The notes beneath the pieces are model-generated. The model was not told the origin of the DNA, did not search any database, and worked only from the letters and a program-made list of their open reading frames with translations. Shown one piece after another: positions 53,078 through 63,065 of a stretch of DNA of 64,000 nt. The stretch comes from Nitrospirota bacterium (GTDB lineage Bacteria > Nitrospirota > UBA9217). The position numbers and the translations under genes are program-made. The stretch is taken from positions 224,001-288,000 of the forward strand of contig CAVWHO010000008.1 of NCBI GenBank assembly GCA_963754875.1, in the 5' to 3' direction. How positions within the stretch are numbered: position 1 is the first letter of the stretch; each line of letters opens with the position of its first letter.

Positions 53078-53563
53078 CTATTTGCGGCGACGGAGAATGG
53101 CCCGAAGGCACCGGACGTATCGGGACCATGGTACCGGTACTGCTTTGCCCGTGAGGGCCCTTTCGGCATTCGTGAGCGCATCCTCGAGCAACGCGTCATG
53201 AAGGGGCCGAAACACGAGTAGCCACGACGCCACGCCTACCCCATGGGCTGACATTGAAATGGTATGGGAAAGGACAGTTCCGCCTTCTGTGCCGGTGACC
53301 GTGAAACAGTGCGTACCGTCGAACCCCCTTGGTGCGATGAAGCGGAACGTGGCAGCACGGCCGGGCTCGTAAGACTCCACGGTGTAACGAATGGGGCCGT
53401 GACCGCCGGTCGCGCCAGGCTGCAGAGGCCGATCCAGACGCATCGGGGGCCACGCATGGACTGGCCACAGCCGATCCGATGGACTGCCGAGCGTGTTGAG
53501 AAGATTACCTGTGGCCTCCACAGTCGCCGCGATGGTCCGAGAATGCGTGTTCAGAACTTGCAT
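53078..53563 (-). CDS. SRPBCC-superfamily protein (gene cassette)
   Basis: DRLWP..WP..GGHGPIRY..HDALLED; flanked by GTTAGGT and attC. Confidence 0.75.
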   Translation of the reverse strand: MQVLNTHSRTIAATVEATGNLLNTLGSPSDRLWPVHAWPPMRLDRPLQPGATGGHGPIRYTVESYEPGRAATFRFIAPRGFDGTHCFTVTGTEGGTVLSHTISMSAHGVGVASWLLVFRPLHDALLEDALTNAERALTGKAVPVPWSRYVRCLRAILRRRK

Positions 53564-53583
53564 GAGATGACGTGCCCGGCTCT

Positions 53584-53632
53584 ACCTAACCAGTATTTGA
53601 TGGGACGCTACCCGCCATGTCCGAAAATTCGG
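53584..53632 (-). mobile_element. Candidate attI site
   Basis: Core GTTAGGT (53590-53584) nearly complements the cassette R'' GCCTAAC; no attC hairpin upstream. Confidence 0.5.
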
Positions 53633-53761
53633 AAATGGCGGGGCGAAAAATTCACATTCCGGCGCAACAGTGTGCAAAACTTAACCACATTTTTTTCGCT
53701 CCTCCAAATGCAGAATTTTGGATTTGGAGGGATGAAATTTCTGCAACTTTATTGTTGGTCG

Positions 53762-53790
53762 AGTATATTCCTTGCTTTAAGGAGTGTCAA
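53762..53790 (-). promoter_or_regulatory. sigma70 promoter pointing into the cassette array (Pc-like)
   Basis: TTGACA-17 bp-TATACT. Confidence 0.7.
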
Positions 53791-53834
53791 GGCAAAGCCC
53801 TTGGACAAGAACCCGTCGATCGCACGTTGCGGGA

Positions 53835-53863
53835 TTGACAGAAAAAGGTTTGTCCTGTACACT
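53835..53863 (+). promoter_or_regulatory. sigma70 promoter of the glycosyltransferase gene
   Basis: TTGACA-17 bp-TACACT. Confidence 0.65.
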
Positions 53864-53935
53864 GATGCTCGTTTTCCAGCAAAGGCAAATGAGTCATGTG
53901 CCGCGCTTCAGCATATTTTTTTTCATGAGGTCCTG

Positions 53936-55394
53936 ATGGATACTTTCTTTACAAAGCGTAATACAATCATTGTCGTTGGTCTTTTGATCCTGTGGAAAAT
54001 ATATCTCTCCGCAACCTTGCAGCTCCATCCCGACGAAGCTTATTACTGGCTATGGTCACGGCACCTCGATTTCGGCTATTTCGATCACGCTCCCTTGATC
54101 GCGTGGGCCATACGGCTGACCACTCTTTTTTCGCAGCAGGAGCTGTGGGTGCGGTTCACCGGTATCATAGGTGCGGTCGTTACGAGCATCTGCGCCTGGG
54201 TCCTCACCATGCAGCTGTTTCCGAGACAGGACAATCGCTTCCGTAAGCGTCATTACGTTGAACGTGATGCCGCTCACCCTTGCCGGTTCATTACTCATAA
54301 CGCCTGATATCCCGGCTTTTCTCTTCTGGGGCCTTACCATATATCTGTACTGGCAGATCGTTGCCACCCGACAAGTTCTGTACTGGTATTTCATGGGTAT
54401 CGCCTTCGGCCTGGGGCTCCTGTCAAAATATACGGGCGTGCTCATCGCGCCCTGTTTCTTTCTCTTCATGCTCGTAACCGACGAACGGCGATGGTTTAAA
54501 ACCATTCACCCCTACGCCGCTTTCCTACTTGGCTGCGCATTCTTCCTTCCGGTCCTCTATTGGAACAGCAAACATAACTGGATCTCTTTCGGCTATCAAC
54601 TGGGCCATGGCCTTGGCGGGGCAACGTACTCTCCCAGAAAAGTCCTCGAATATCTGGGCGGACAGGCCGCTGTCGCGAGCCCCTTTCTCTGGATCCCGGG
54701 AGCATACGCATCAGTCCTCTATCTCTTCCGGAAAAACAAGGAGCAGCTGTTTGTGAGCCTCACCTCGCTCCCAATAATAGCTTTTTTCGCATATTCTTCT
54801 TTAAAGAATGTGGCCCAGGCCAACTGGCCTGCCACTGCCTATTTCTCCTTCAGCATACTTGTGGGCCATTATCTCTTCACCGGCGCTAAATGGAAAAAGA
54901 ATCTCTGGGCCTTCGCCGTCCTGTTCAGCGTTGTTCTCTGCTTTATCGTCATGCTGCATGCCCGGTTCAGCATACTTCCTCTTGAAAAATTCTCGAAGAA
55001 CGCAGCAGAAGCTGATGCCACGCAGTTTTTCTATGGCTGGCGGGAATTGGGGCAGGAACTCGAAAAAGATCCCTCTATAAAATTCGCTATAGCGGAAAAA
55101 CATCAATTGGCTGCCGAGATCAGCTACTACACGAAGGAACGGGTTTTCGCCTATGTCGATTACAACAACACGAAGGTGAACCAGTTTAACTTTTGGACGT
55201 TTCCCGACGAATTAAAAAACAAAAAGGGCGTCGCTGTTTACGTGGAAGGGCATGATGCTCTTCCCTACGCAAAATATTTTCAATCCCTGGGAGACATAAA
55301 TACTTTCTCGGTAAAAAGGGGCGATCGTGTCGTACGCACGTACCATATGATTTACGGCACCGGTTACATCTATCCGCCGCCCCCGAAACTGTAG
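53936..55394 (+). CDS. GT-C glycosyltransferase (ArnT/PMT-like), one frameshift near 54220
   Basis: LHPDEAYYWLWS..GYFDHAP, TPD and GLLSKY motifs over two ORFs. Confidence 0.85.
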
Positions 55395-55415
55395 CAATGA
55401 AGCACCCTGAGTAAG

Positions 55416-55511
55416 TCTCCCCTCCCTATGATGGGAGGGGACTAAGGGGGGTGAAGTATCCGACGCCCATGCTCATCACCCTCACCTAACCTCTCCCGTC
55501 AAGGGAGAGGA
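55416..55511. repeat. REP-like palindromic doublet
   Basis: cccctccc..gggagggg and caccctcacc..cctctccc..gggagagg. Confidence 0.65.
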
Positions 55512-55589
55512 ACTAGCAAGAATTGCAATATAAACTCAAAAAAGTGATTTGATTTCGGGTCATGACAATGCTATAAGAAAGCAACATTA

Positions 55590-55760
55590 CATATCAGTCT
55601 GTTCAAGTTAAGGGAATCCCGTGAAATCCGGGAGCGGACCCGCCGCTGTAATCCTGGCCCCATCGAGGGCCAAACCGTTTACCAAGGAAATTGCCACTGA
55701 CCAGCGAAATGGTTGGGAAGGCCGGTAAAGGGGGGAGAGCCAGAAGACCTGCTTGGATAT
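55590..55760 (+). ncRNA. Cobalamin riboswitch 1
   Basis: aagggaa..gtgaaatcc..cccgccgctgt..gccactg..gggaaggc..agccagaagacctg (B12 box). Confidence 0.9.
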
Positions 55761-55813
55761 TCTTTTACACTGTCTTCGGAGTTAAGACCACGTGTGGATT
55801 ACGGTATTTTTCT

Positions 55814-55853
55814 AATCCCCAGTCTTCTATTCAAGACTGGGGATTTTTTGTTT
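55814..55853 (+). terminator. Intrinsic terminator (expression platform of riboswitch 1)
   Basis: aatccccagtctt/aagactggggatt stem plus T-run. Confidence 0.85.
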
Positions 55854-55899
55854 GCTGATCCCGCAAAAAGCTTTAACCGTGTGTCCGACAAAGTCGGAC

Positions 55900-56063
55900 C
55901 TGTGGTGACAATTGCCTTTTCAGGAATGAGAAAACGGAAAGGGGTGAAAATCCCCTGCTGTCGCGCAACTGTGATGGAAACGAAAGCTGATTATGCCACT
56001 GCCCTCTTCGGGTGGGAAGGCCGGCGAGTAGGTTGTCCAGAGCCAGGAGACGTCTCATTCCAA
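55900..56063 (+). ncRNA. Cobalamin riboswitch 2
   Basis: aacggaa..ggtgaaaatcc..gcaactgt..gccactg..gggaaggc..agccaggagac; closing stem ggaatgaga/tctcattcc. Confidence 0.88.
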
Positions 56064-56153
56064 TAACCGCGCTGAAGGAGATGACCATGAAAAGAAAAAA
56101 TCAGACGTTGTCGTAGAGGGCAATGCAAACGCATGTAAACTCGTTACTCTTTG

Positions 56154-56203
56154 CCCCTCATCCAACCCTTCTCCACAACGGTGAGAGGACTAAGGTGAGG
56201 GGA
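56154..56203. repeat. REP-like palindrome in the bzaF leader
   Basis: cccctca..tgagggg; same family as 41818 and 55416. Confidence 0.55.
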
Positions 56204-56241
56204 GACTTTCCATTAACCCTATTGCCAAAAGGAGTTTTTCT

Positions 56242-57552
56242 ATGACAACGCAAATTGAAAGCGCCCGCAAAGGGCTTGTAACACCCCAGATGGAGGCTGT
56301 TTCTTGTTCTGAGAATTTATCGATTGAGTACGTCCGGACAATGGTGGCAGAGGGAAAGATCGTAATCCCTTGGAATATAAACCGGCGTCCGCAAGCAGTC
56401 GGCATCGGCAAGGGGTTGCGTACGAAGGTGAACGCTTCCATCGGTACGTCCTCTGATATCGTCGACTATGCAGCCGAAGTCAGGAAGGCGAAAACAGCAG
56501 TGGAAGCAGGTACAGACACGCTCATGGAACTTTCGGTGGGCGGCGACCTCGATCGCGTGCGGCGGGAAGTGATCGCGGCAGTCGATATCCCGGTCGGGAA
56601 TGTCCCGCTCTACCAGGCATTCTGCGAAGCCGGACGCAAATACGGCGATCCGAACAAGCTCGACGAGGAGATGCTCTTCGATTTGATTGAGCAGCAGTGC
56701 GTAGACGGCATCGCCTTCATGGCGATCCACTGCGGCATCAATCTCTATACCATAGAGCGTTTGCGAAAACAGGGGTATCGCTACGGCGGACTGGTGAGCA
56801 AAGGCGGGGTCAGCATGGTTGCCTGGATGCTTGCCAACAATAAGGAAAACCCGCTGTATGAGAAATTCGACCGCGTCGTCTCTATATTGAAGAAATACGA
56901 TGTGGTCCTTTCCCTGGGCAATGGCCTCAGGGCCGGGGCCATCCACGATTCGTCCGACCGGGCGCAGATCCAGGAATTGATCATCAATTGCGAACTTGCG
57001 GAACTCGGCAGGGAAATGGGATGCCAGATGCTGGTAGAAGGCCCGGGCCATGTGCCGCTCGATGAGATCGAGGGAAACATCCAGCTCCAAAAAAGGATGA
57101 GCAACGGGGCCCCGTACTATATGCTCGGCCCGATATCCACTGACGTTGCTCCGGGTTTCGACCACATCACTGCTGCCATCGGTGCGGCGCAATCGAGCCG
57201 GTATGGCGCAGATCTGATCTGCTACATCACTCCTGCCGAGCATCTGGCGTTGCCCAATGAGGCCGATGTTCGCATGGGCGTGCAGGCAGCCAAAATCGCC
57301 GCCTATATCGGCGACATGAACAAATATCCCGAGAAAGGAAGAATTCGCGACAAGGAAATGAGCAAAGCGCGGAGAGACCTCGATTGGGAAAAGCAATTCA
57401 AACTCGCGCTCTATCCTGATGAGGCGAAGGCGATCCGCAACAGCCGGATGCCGGAGCATGAAGATTCCTGTACCATGTGCGGTAGCTTTTGCGCTGCGAA
57501 GGGAGCTGCAAAGCTTTTTGCCGAGGACTTGCAGCAGAGCGTTAAATTATAA
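56242..57552 (+). CDS. bzaF: ThiC-family radical-SAM enzyme, probably 5-hydroxybenzimidazole synthase
   Basis: TKVNASIGTS, EGPGH, CYITPAEHL and CTMCGSFC motifs; cobalamin rather than TPP riboswitch control favours BzaF over ThiC. Confidence 0.75.
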   Translation: MTTQIESARKGLVTPQMEAVSCSENLSIEYVRTMVAEGKIVIPWNINRRPQAVGIGKGLRTKVNASIGTSSDIVDYAAEVRKAKTAVEAGTDTLMELSVGGDLDRVRREVIAAVDIPVGNVPLYQAFCEAGRKYGDPNKLDEEMLFDLIEQQCVDGIAFMAIHCGINLYTIERLRKQGYRYGGLVSKGGVSMVAWMLANNKENPLYEKFDRVVSILKKYDVVLSLGNGLRAGAIHDSSDRAQIQELIINCELAELGREMGCQMLVEGPGHVPLDEIEGNIQLQKRMSNGAPYYMLGPISTDVAPGFDHITAAIGAAQSSRYGADLICYITPAEHLALPNEADVRMGVQAAKIAAYIGDMNKYPEKGRIRDKEMSKARRDLDWEKQFKLALYPDEAKAIRNSRMPEHEDSCTMCGSFCAAKGAAKLFAEDLQQSVKL

Positions 57553-57562
57553 ATCGTTCAGA

Positions 57563-57600
57563 GGACCTCCCTATGCAGCGAAGATGGGGAGGTCTTTGCT
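57563..57600 (+). terminator. Possible terminator after bzaF
   Basis: gacctccc/gggaggtc stem followed by tttgct. Confidence 0.45.
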
Positions 57601-57912
57601 TCACCTACCGAGGACTGATCCAGACCGCTACCCGTCCCTTACCTGCGAGAAGTCGATCAAGTGGCACAACTCAATGGATAGGTGACTGCTAATTGCCGAG
57701 AGGCCTCGAAGAGGTGAATAACCTCACATTGATATTCTTACCCCAACTTGCACCATCCTGCTTCTTTTCTCTTCTTGACAATTATTGCCGACAATGCTGA
57801 AATAGTGCAAGAAACGACAGAACGCGGGTCATGACGACTCTAGTGGAGCCCCCTCCGGCAGGAGCCGGGGGATTGCAAGTCGCGGGATTCAGCGAGGAAG
57901 AGAGGAGCGGAC

Positions 57913-59535
57913 ATGAAAACATCCAGCACAGGAGTTCTCATAGGATCAGTGGTTGGGGCATTGCTGGCCGCAGCACTGATCGCCGTCTTTTACGCGGGAT
58001 GGCGGCTTGCGGACCTGCCCTTCGTCCCCTTTGATGTGTTCGACTGGACGACCCGTATACTTCCGGGAGCGCTCATCGAATTCGTCATCGGCGCCATGGT
58101 GGCCGTTATCCGCGGACTGCACCTGGGTCCCACATCGGTGGTCGCCAAGATCATTGAGCAGGCAATGGGGATTGCCGGTTTGTTCATCACCGGCGTCGTT
58201 GCCGGCGCAGTTCTCTTCGGCGTGCTGCGGGCGCTGCGCGGCCGGTACGCCTACGTGTCTGGTTTTTCCCTGGGATTGATCGCGGCCATTCCCGCGGTGC
58301 TCATCAGTTCTTTTCTCAATAAAACAGCCGTCGCTTTGCCGCTGGTCAGCGCGCTCTGGATCATCTTCGTCTTTGCCTGCTGGGGCATTGCAATTGCCTG
58401 GACTTATCTGCGGTTGGCCGCTTTCAGCGCTTCCACTGAACCGGGTACGGACCTCGAACCCTTTGCACAGCGGGTCAGCCGGCGTAAATTCCTGGTCCGG
58501 CTTGCGGGGTACACGGCGACAATCACGGTGAGCGGGGCGATGGTGGGTCTTCTGTCGGAGCGCCACAGCCGGATGAAACTGCAGGGCCTCATGCCCTGGT
58601 CCGCAACGCACGTCCTGCCGAACGTGGGCGCCGCTGTCAAGCCCGCGCCCGGCACACGGCCCGAATACACCCCCCTGGAACGGCACTACCGCATTGACAT
58701 CAACACGACCCCGCCGAAGATCGACGGCATGCTGTGGCGGCTAAAGATCACGGGAATGATCGAAAAGCCTCTGTCCTTAACACTGGACGAGCTCCAGCGC
58801 TATGAACCCATGCACCAGTTCATCACGCTGTCCTGCATCTCCAACCCGGTGGGCGGCGATCTTATCGGCACGACGCGCTGGACCGGCGTTAGCCTGAAGA
58901 GCCTCCTGCCCGACCTCGGCCTGAAGCCGCACGCCACGCATTTGAAGATCAGCTCGGCAGACGGGTTCTTTGAAACCCTGCCCCTGGAGACGATCGAGGC
59001 CGACGAGCGGGTAATGCTGGCCTATGCCTGGGACGGGGTGCCGCTGCTTGAGGATCACGGCTTCCCGCTGCGGGTCTACATTCCGGACGTACACGGGATG
59101 AAGCAGCCCAAATGGATCGAGTCTATCGAGGCAATGGACCATTGGGAACCGGGCTACTGGGTGGTCCGCGGGTGGGACAAGGTCGCAAAGATGAAGGCAA
59201 CGTCCGTGATCGACACCATAGCCGTCGATATGACCATCATCGGCGCTGATAAGCGGAAGCTGGTGCCTATCGGCGGCATCGCCCACGCGGGTGACCGCGG
59301 GATCTCAAGGGTCGAAGTGCGGGTTGATGACGGCCCCTGGCAAACGGCCGAGATCAGAACGCCCTTATCGCAAACGACGTGGGTGATCTGGCGCTATGAC
59401 TGGCCGTTCCAGCCGGGCAAACACACCTTCGCGGTGCGCTGTTATGACGGGAGCAATACTCCGCAGATCGTTCAAGCGATGCCGCCTGCGCCCAGCGGTG
59501 CATCCGGACTGTTCAGCAAAAGCCAGAAATTCTGA
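57913..59535 (+). CDS. Membrane-anchored molybdopterin-dependent oxidoreductase (sulfite oxidase family)
   Basis: N-terminal TM helices, SRRKFL, TLSCISN, HGFPLR, GMKQPKW. Confidence 0.88.
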   Translation: MKTSSTGVLIGSVVGALLAAALIAVFYAGWRLADLPFVPFDVFDWTTRILPGALIEFVIGAMVAVIRGLHLGPTSVVAKIIEQAMGIAGLFITGVVAGAVLFGVLRALRGRYAYVSGFSLGLIAAIPAVLISSFLNKTAVALPLVSALWIIFVFACWGIAIAWTYLRLAAFSASTEPGTDLEPFAQRVSRRKFLVRLAGYTATITVSGAMVGLLSERHSRMKLQGLMPWSATHVLPNVGAAVKPAPGTRPEYTPLERHYRIDINTTPPKIDGMLWRLKITGMIEKPLSLTLDELQRYEPMHQFITLSCISNPVGGDLIGTTRWTGVSLKSLLPDLGLKPHATHLKISSADGFFETLPLETIEADERVMLAYAWDGVPLLEDHGFPLRVYIPDVHGMKQPKWIESIEAMDHWEPGYWVVRGWDKVAKMKATSVIDTIAVDMTIIGADKRKLVPIGGIAHAGDRGISRVEVRVDDGPWQTAEIRTPLSQTTWVIWRYDWPFQPGKHTFAVRCYDGSNTPQIVQAMPPAPSGASGLFSKSQKF

Positions 59536-59694
59536 GGCCTCCGGCCGGACCGGTGTATGAATTCTGTCCCGATGCCGTCGCTCTGGATCGGGGAGCGTCA
59601 CGGGGCAGGTCAAGAAGACACTTGCGCGAACGAGGGCAGGCCCACGAAGTATTTCACCGCGCCTGCCGTGCCGAATCGTTCCGACCTCGCAACG

Positions 59695-60511
59695 TTATTT
59701 GGCGTTCGGGATAAACAAAGCATTGCCGTTCTTGTCCTTGTAAGCGGCGACAACATCCTGCCCTTCCTTGGAAATGATCCAGTTCACAAATTCCATTGCC
59801 TCTTTGAATTTCACCTCTTTGTGCTTGGCAGGGTTCACTGCCATAACGCCGTACTGGTTGAAAAGGGAAGGATCTCCTTCGAGGACGATGACCATGTCCA
59901 GCTTATCTTTGTCCTTTGTCGCCAGCCAGGTCCCCCGGTCCGTAAGCGTATAGGCACGCTTCTCGTTGGCGATCCGCTGGGTCTTCTCCATCCCCTGCCC
60001 TGCATCAAGGTACCATGGCCTGCCTTTTGGATCGATTCCCGCTTTTTTCCAGAGCGCAAGTTCCTTGGTGTTCGTGCCGGACTTGTCGCCCCGGGAGACG
60101 AAAACAGATCCGGATTTCGGCGATCCTCTTGAAGGTGTCGACAGCCGACTTCATGCCCTTGATCTTCGCCGGATCGCTCGTCGGGCCGATGACGACGAAG
60201 TCATTGTACATCACGTCATGCCGGTTCACAAAGTAGCCCTCTTCGAGAGCCTTCAGTTCCTGCTCCTTCGCATGGACGAAGACCACGTCGGCATCGCCGC
60301 GTTTGCCGATTTCGATGGCAGCACCGGTGCCCACGGCAACCACGTCGATCTTGATCCCGGTCTTTTTCTCAAAGATCGGCAGCAAATAGTCAAAGAGCCC
60401 GGAATTCTGCGTACTTGTGGTCGAGGCCATGCGGATGCGCGTCTCGGCCGAAACCGCGGCAGCGTTGCCAATAATCATTAAAACCGAAATCAATACGAAT
60501 AGCTTTTTCAT
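59695..60511 (-). CDS. tupA: Tungstate-binding periplasmic protein, frameshifted near 60000-60120
   Basis: Signal peptide, ASTTSTQNSGL, AVGTG, YTLTDRGT. Confidence 0.8.
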
Positions 60512-60691
60512 GCTTCCCTCCGTTTGTAAAATGTATGGTGAAGCTTCTTCCTTCCGTGAACCGGGGGAAAACAACGGTTCTCCCTCCTTGTCCCCTTCTG
60601 AAATCACGGATGACGGTCTGCGCCTGGAAACTCGACAGAGGAGCAGAAACGCGGCAAGGGGGTCAACGTGCGGCTCGCCATACGGCAGCCC

Positions 60692-61486
60692 CTACCCTTC
60701 CCTCCGCCGCCCTGAGGACGCGGCCAATTGAACAGCGTCAGGATTGAAAAGACGAACGCCGTGTTTCGCGTATTTCGCAATAACGCCCTGCCCCTCGGGC
60801 GAGGTCACAAAGGCGATAAAATCCATTGCCTCGCGGTATCGTACGTTTGGAAAACGGGCCGGGTTGACGGCCATTACGCTGTAAAGATTCTTGAGCGCCG
60901 GGTCGCCCTGGAGAAGAACCTTCAGACCGAGCTGCTTCTCGTAGTTCAGGAACGTTGCGATGTCGGTAAGCGTATAAGCTTTCTTCTGGTCAGCTATGAG
61001 GAGGGTGTCGCCCATCTTGCCGCCGGACTCAAAGTACCACCCTTTGCCCTTCGGGCTTATCCCCGCATCATCCCACAGATCCAGTTCTCTGATGTTCGTT
61101 CCCGAATCGTCGCCGCGGGACACGAAAGGAGAACCCAATTCTGCGACGAGTTCAAGGGCTTCCGCGGCAGTTTTTACGGTTTTTACCCGCGCCGGGTCCT
61201 TCGCGGGGCCGGCAATGACGAAGGCATTATGCATGACCGAGCGACGGTTCACGCCGTACCCTTCGGCGACGAATTTCTCCTCGCGGAAAGGATCGTGAAC
61301 AAAGAGCAGGTCAGCCCCGCCTTTCTTGGCGATGCGAAGGGCCTTCCCGGTACCAACGGCGATCACCTCTACGGTCACGCCGTATTTCGAGGATTTCTCA
61401 TAGGCGGGAATAAGGATGTCGAAGAGACCGGAGTTCTGCGTGCTCGTTGTTGAGGCCATGACGAGCTTAGCTGCTTGTTTTTTCAT
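60692..61486 (-). CDS. Second TupA-like tungstate-binding protein with no signal peptide
   Basis: MKKQAAKLVMASTTSTQNSGL after GGAGG RBS; SRGDDSGT. Confidence 0.8.
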   Translation of the reverse strand: MKKQAAKLVMASTTSTQNSGLFDILIPAYEKSSKYGVTVEVIAVGTGKALRIAKKGGADLLFVHDPFREEKFVAEGYGVNRRSVMHNAFVIAGPAKDPARVKTVKTAAEALELVAELGSPFVSRGDDSGTNIRELDLWDDAGISPKGKGWYFESGGKMGDTLLIADQKKAYTLTDIATFLNYEKQLGLKVLLQGDPALKNLYSVMAVNPARFPNVRYREAMDFIAFVTSPEGQGVIAKYAKHGVRLFNPDAVQLAASSGRRREG

Positions 61487-61545
61487 ATGAACACCTCCAG
61501 GAGGACGATAACTATAATTGTAGGGATGACGCCGGTGAAAGTAAA

Positions 61546-61582
61546 ATGCATAAAAATCATGAATAATATGATTATTATGCAT
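61546..61582. promoter_or_regulatory. Inverted repeat upstream of the tupA-like genes (candidate operator)
   Basis: atgcataaaaatcat-N7-atgattattatgcat, 14/15 complementary. Confidence 0.5.
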
Positions 61583-61644
61583 ATATGCTTGATCCGCATC
61601 TGTTCAATCGACTGGGCCGCTGTGGAGGGGGATGATCGACGAAA

Positions 61645-62391
61645 TTAATTCCGGCAATCGGCTATTGAGTAGAGGAGTCGGTCCCCTGTGTTGACAAGCA
61701 TTTCAACCTCGGGGCAGGCTGGTGAGTCCGACACTTCGCAAGGAGTGCCGACCTGTACGATCCTGCCATTGGCACAGATGATGAGCTTGTCTGCCAGGGC
61801 CGAAGCTTCGGCAAGATCATGGGTCACGAGCACGACGGGGATGGGAAATTCGCGCCGTATCTCTTTCAGGAAATTCTGCATTTCAGCGCGCAGGGGGGCG
61901 TCGAGGGCCGAGAAGGGCTCGTCCAGGAGGAGCGCGTCGGGCCTCCGGATCAGCGCCCGGGCAAGGGCCACACGCTGCTTCTGTCCACCTGATATTTCAT
62001 GGGGAAATTTTTTTTCCAGTCCTGCGATCATGAACCGCTCCATCATATCCCGGGCGCGCTGCTCCCGCACGCTCCGGCTCAAACCGTGGGCGCCATAGAG
62101 AATATTCTCCCGGACCGTCATGTGCGGGAAGAGCGCGAGGTCCTGGCATACATACCCGAAGGAGCGGGCCTGCGGAGGCAGGTCGATTGCAGCGGCGCTG
62201 TCGTATACGGGGTTTCCGTTCAAACGGATGTTTCCCCTGTCGGGCTTCAGCAGACCCGCGATCATCCGAAGCGTCATGGATTTGCCTGCGCCCGAGCAGC
62301 CGAAGAGCACGGCCAGTTCTTCGCCGATCTCCCACTGGGCGTCGAGGGTGAAGCCTTTGACCGCTTTTCTGATATTGACCGAAAGTCCCAT
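61645..62391 (-). CDS. modC: Molybdate ABC transporter ATP-binding protein (short, no TOBE)
   Basis: GCSGAGKS, ISGGQKQR, LLLDEPF; coupled to modB. Confidence 0.9.
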   Translation of the reverse strand: MGLSVNIRKAVKGFTLDAQWEIGEELAVLFGCSGAGKSMTLRMIAGLLKPDRGNIRLNGNPVYDSAAAIDLPPQARSFGYVCQDLALFPHMTVRENILYGAHGLSRSVREQRARDMMERFMIAGLEKKFPHEISGGQKQRVALARALIRRPDALLLDEPFSALDAPLRAEMQNFLKEIRREFPIPVVLVTHDLAEASALADKLIICANGRIVQVGTPCEVSDSPACPEVEMLVNTGDRLLYSIADCRN

Positions 62392-63056
62392 TAGATAACC
62401 CGTTTCGTCCACCTGTTCGCTGCATACAGGAAGAGCCCGGAGATGGCCGTAAAGAGAAGGACCATCGCGTTCGCCTCGTACCGGTCTCCGCTTGCCGTTG
62501 CGGAGTAAATCGCCAGCGGCATCGTGTTCGTTTTCCCGGGAATGTTGCCCGCCAGCATGAGCGTCGCACCGAACTCGCCCATGGCGCGCGCAAAGGAGAG
62601 GACTGCGCCGGCAAGCATTCCTCTTTTGGCGAGCGGCAGAATGACCTTGAACGCTGTCCACCATTCCGAATGGCCCAGGGTATAGGATGCATTGATCAGG
62701 TTTTCGTCCACGGACTCTACAGCTGCCCGGGTCGTCTTGACCATGAGCGGAAGCGCAACGACAAATGACGCAAGCGCTGCCGCATACCAGGTAAACATGA
62801 TGCTCCAGCCCGTCCAGCCGTATAGAGTGTGGCCGACCAGGCCGTTTCTGCCGAACAGCAGGATGAGGTAATATCCGGTGACCGTGGGAGGGAGCACCAG
62901 AGGGAGCGTAAAGAGCATGTCCAGGAATTCTTTCCCCTGAAACGACCTGCGCGCAAGGATATAGGCAACTGCAGTGCCGACGATGACGACGAACACCGTG
63001 GCGACCGCCGCCACCTGAACGGAAAGCCGCAATGAAAATAATAAGGAGTTATCCAT
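62391..63056 (-). CDS. modB: Molybdate ABC transporter permease
   Basis: LPLVLPPTVTG and ARAMGEFGAT motifs. Confidence 0.95.
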   Translation of the reverse strand: MDNSLLFSLRLSVQVAAVATVFVVIVGTAVAYILARRSFQGKEFLDMLFTLPLVLPPTVTGYYLILLFGRNGLVGHTLYGWTGWSIMFTWYAAALASFVVALPLMVKTTRAAVESVDENLINASYTLGHSEWWTAFKVILPLAKRGMLAGAVLSFARAMGEFGATLMLAGNIPGKTNTMPLAIYSATASGDRYEANAMVLLFTAISGLFLYAANRWTKRVI

Positions 63057-63065
63057 AGCAACTAT

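Noticed and set aside
56242..57552. Canonical thiC
   Set aside because: No TPP riboswitch or thiamine genes nearby; cobalamin riboswitches point to a bza function, though ThiC is not formally excluded
60512..60720. Moco/Tuco riboswitch between the tupA-like genes
   Set aside because: GC-rich and in a plausible position, but I could not match the consensus by eye
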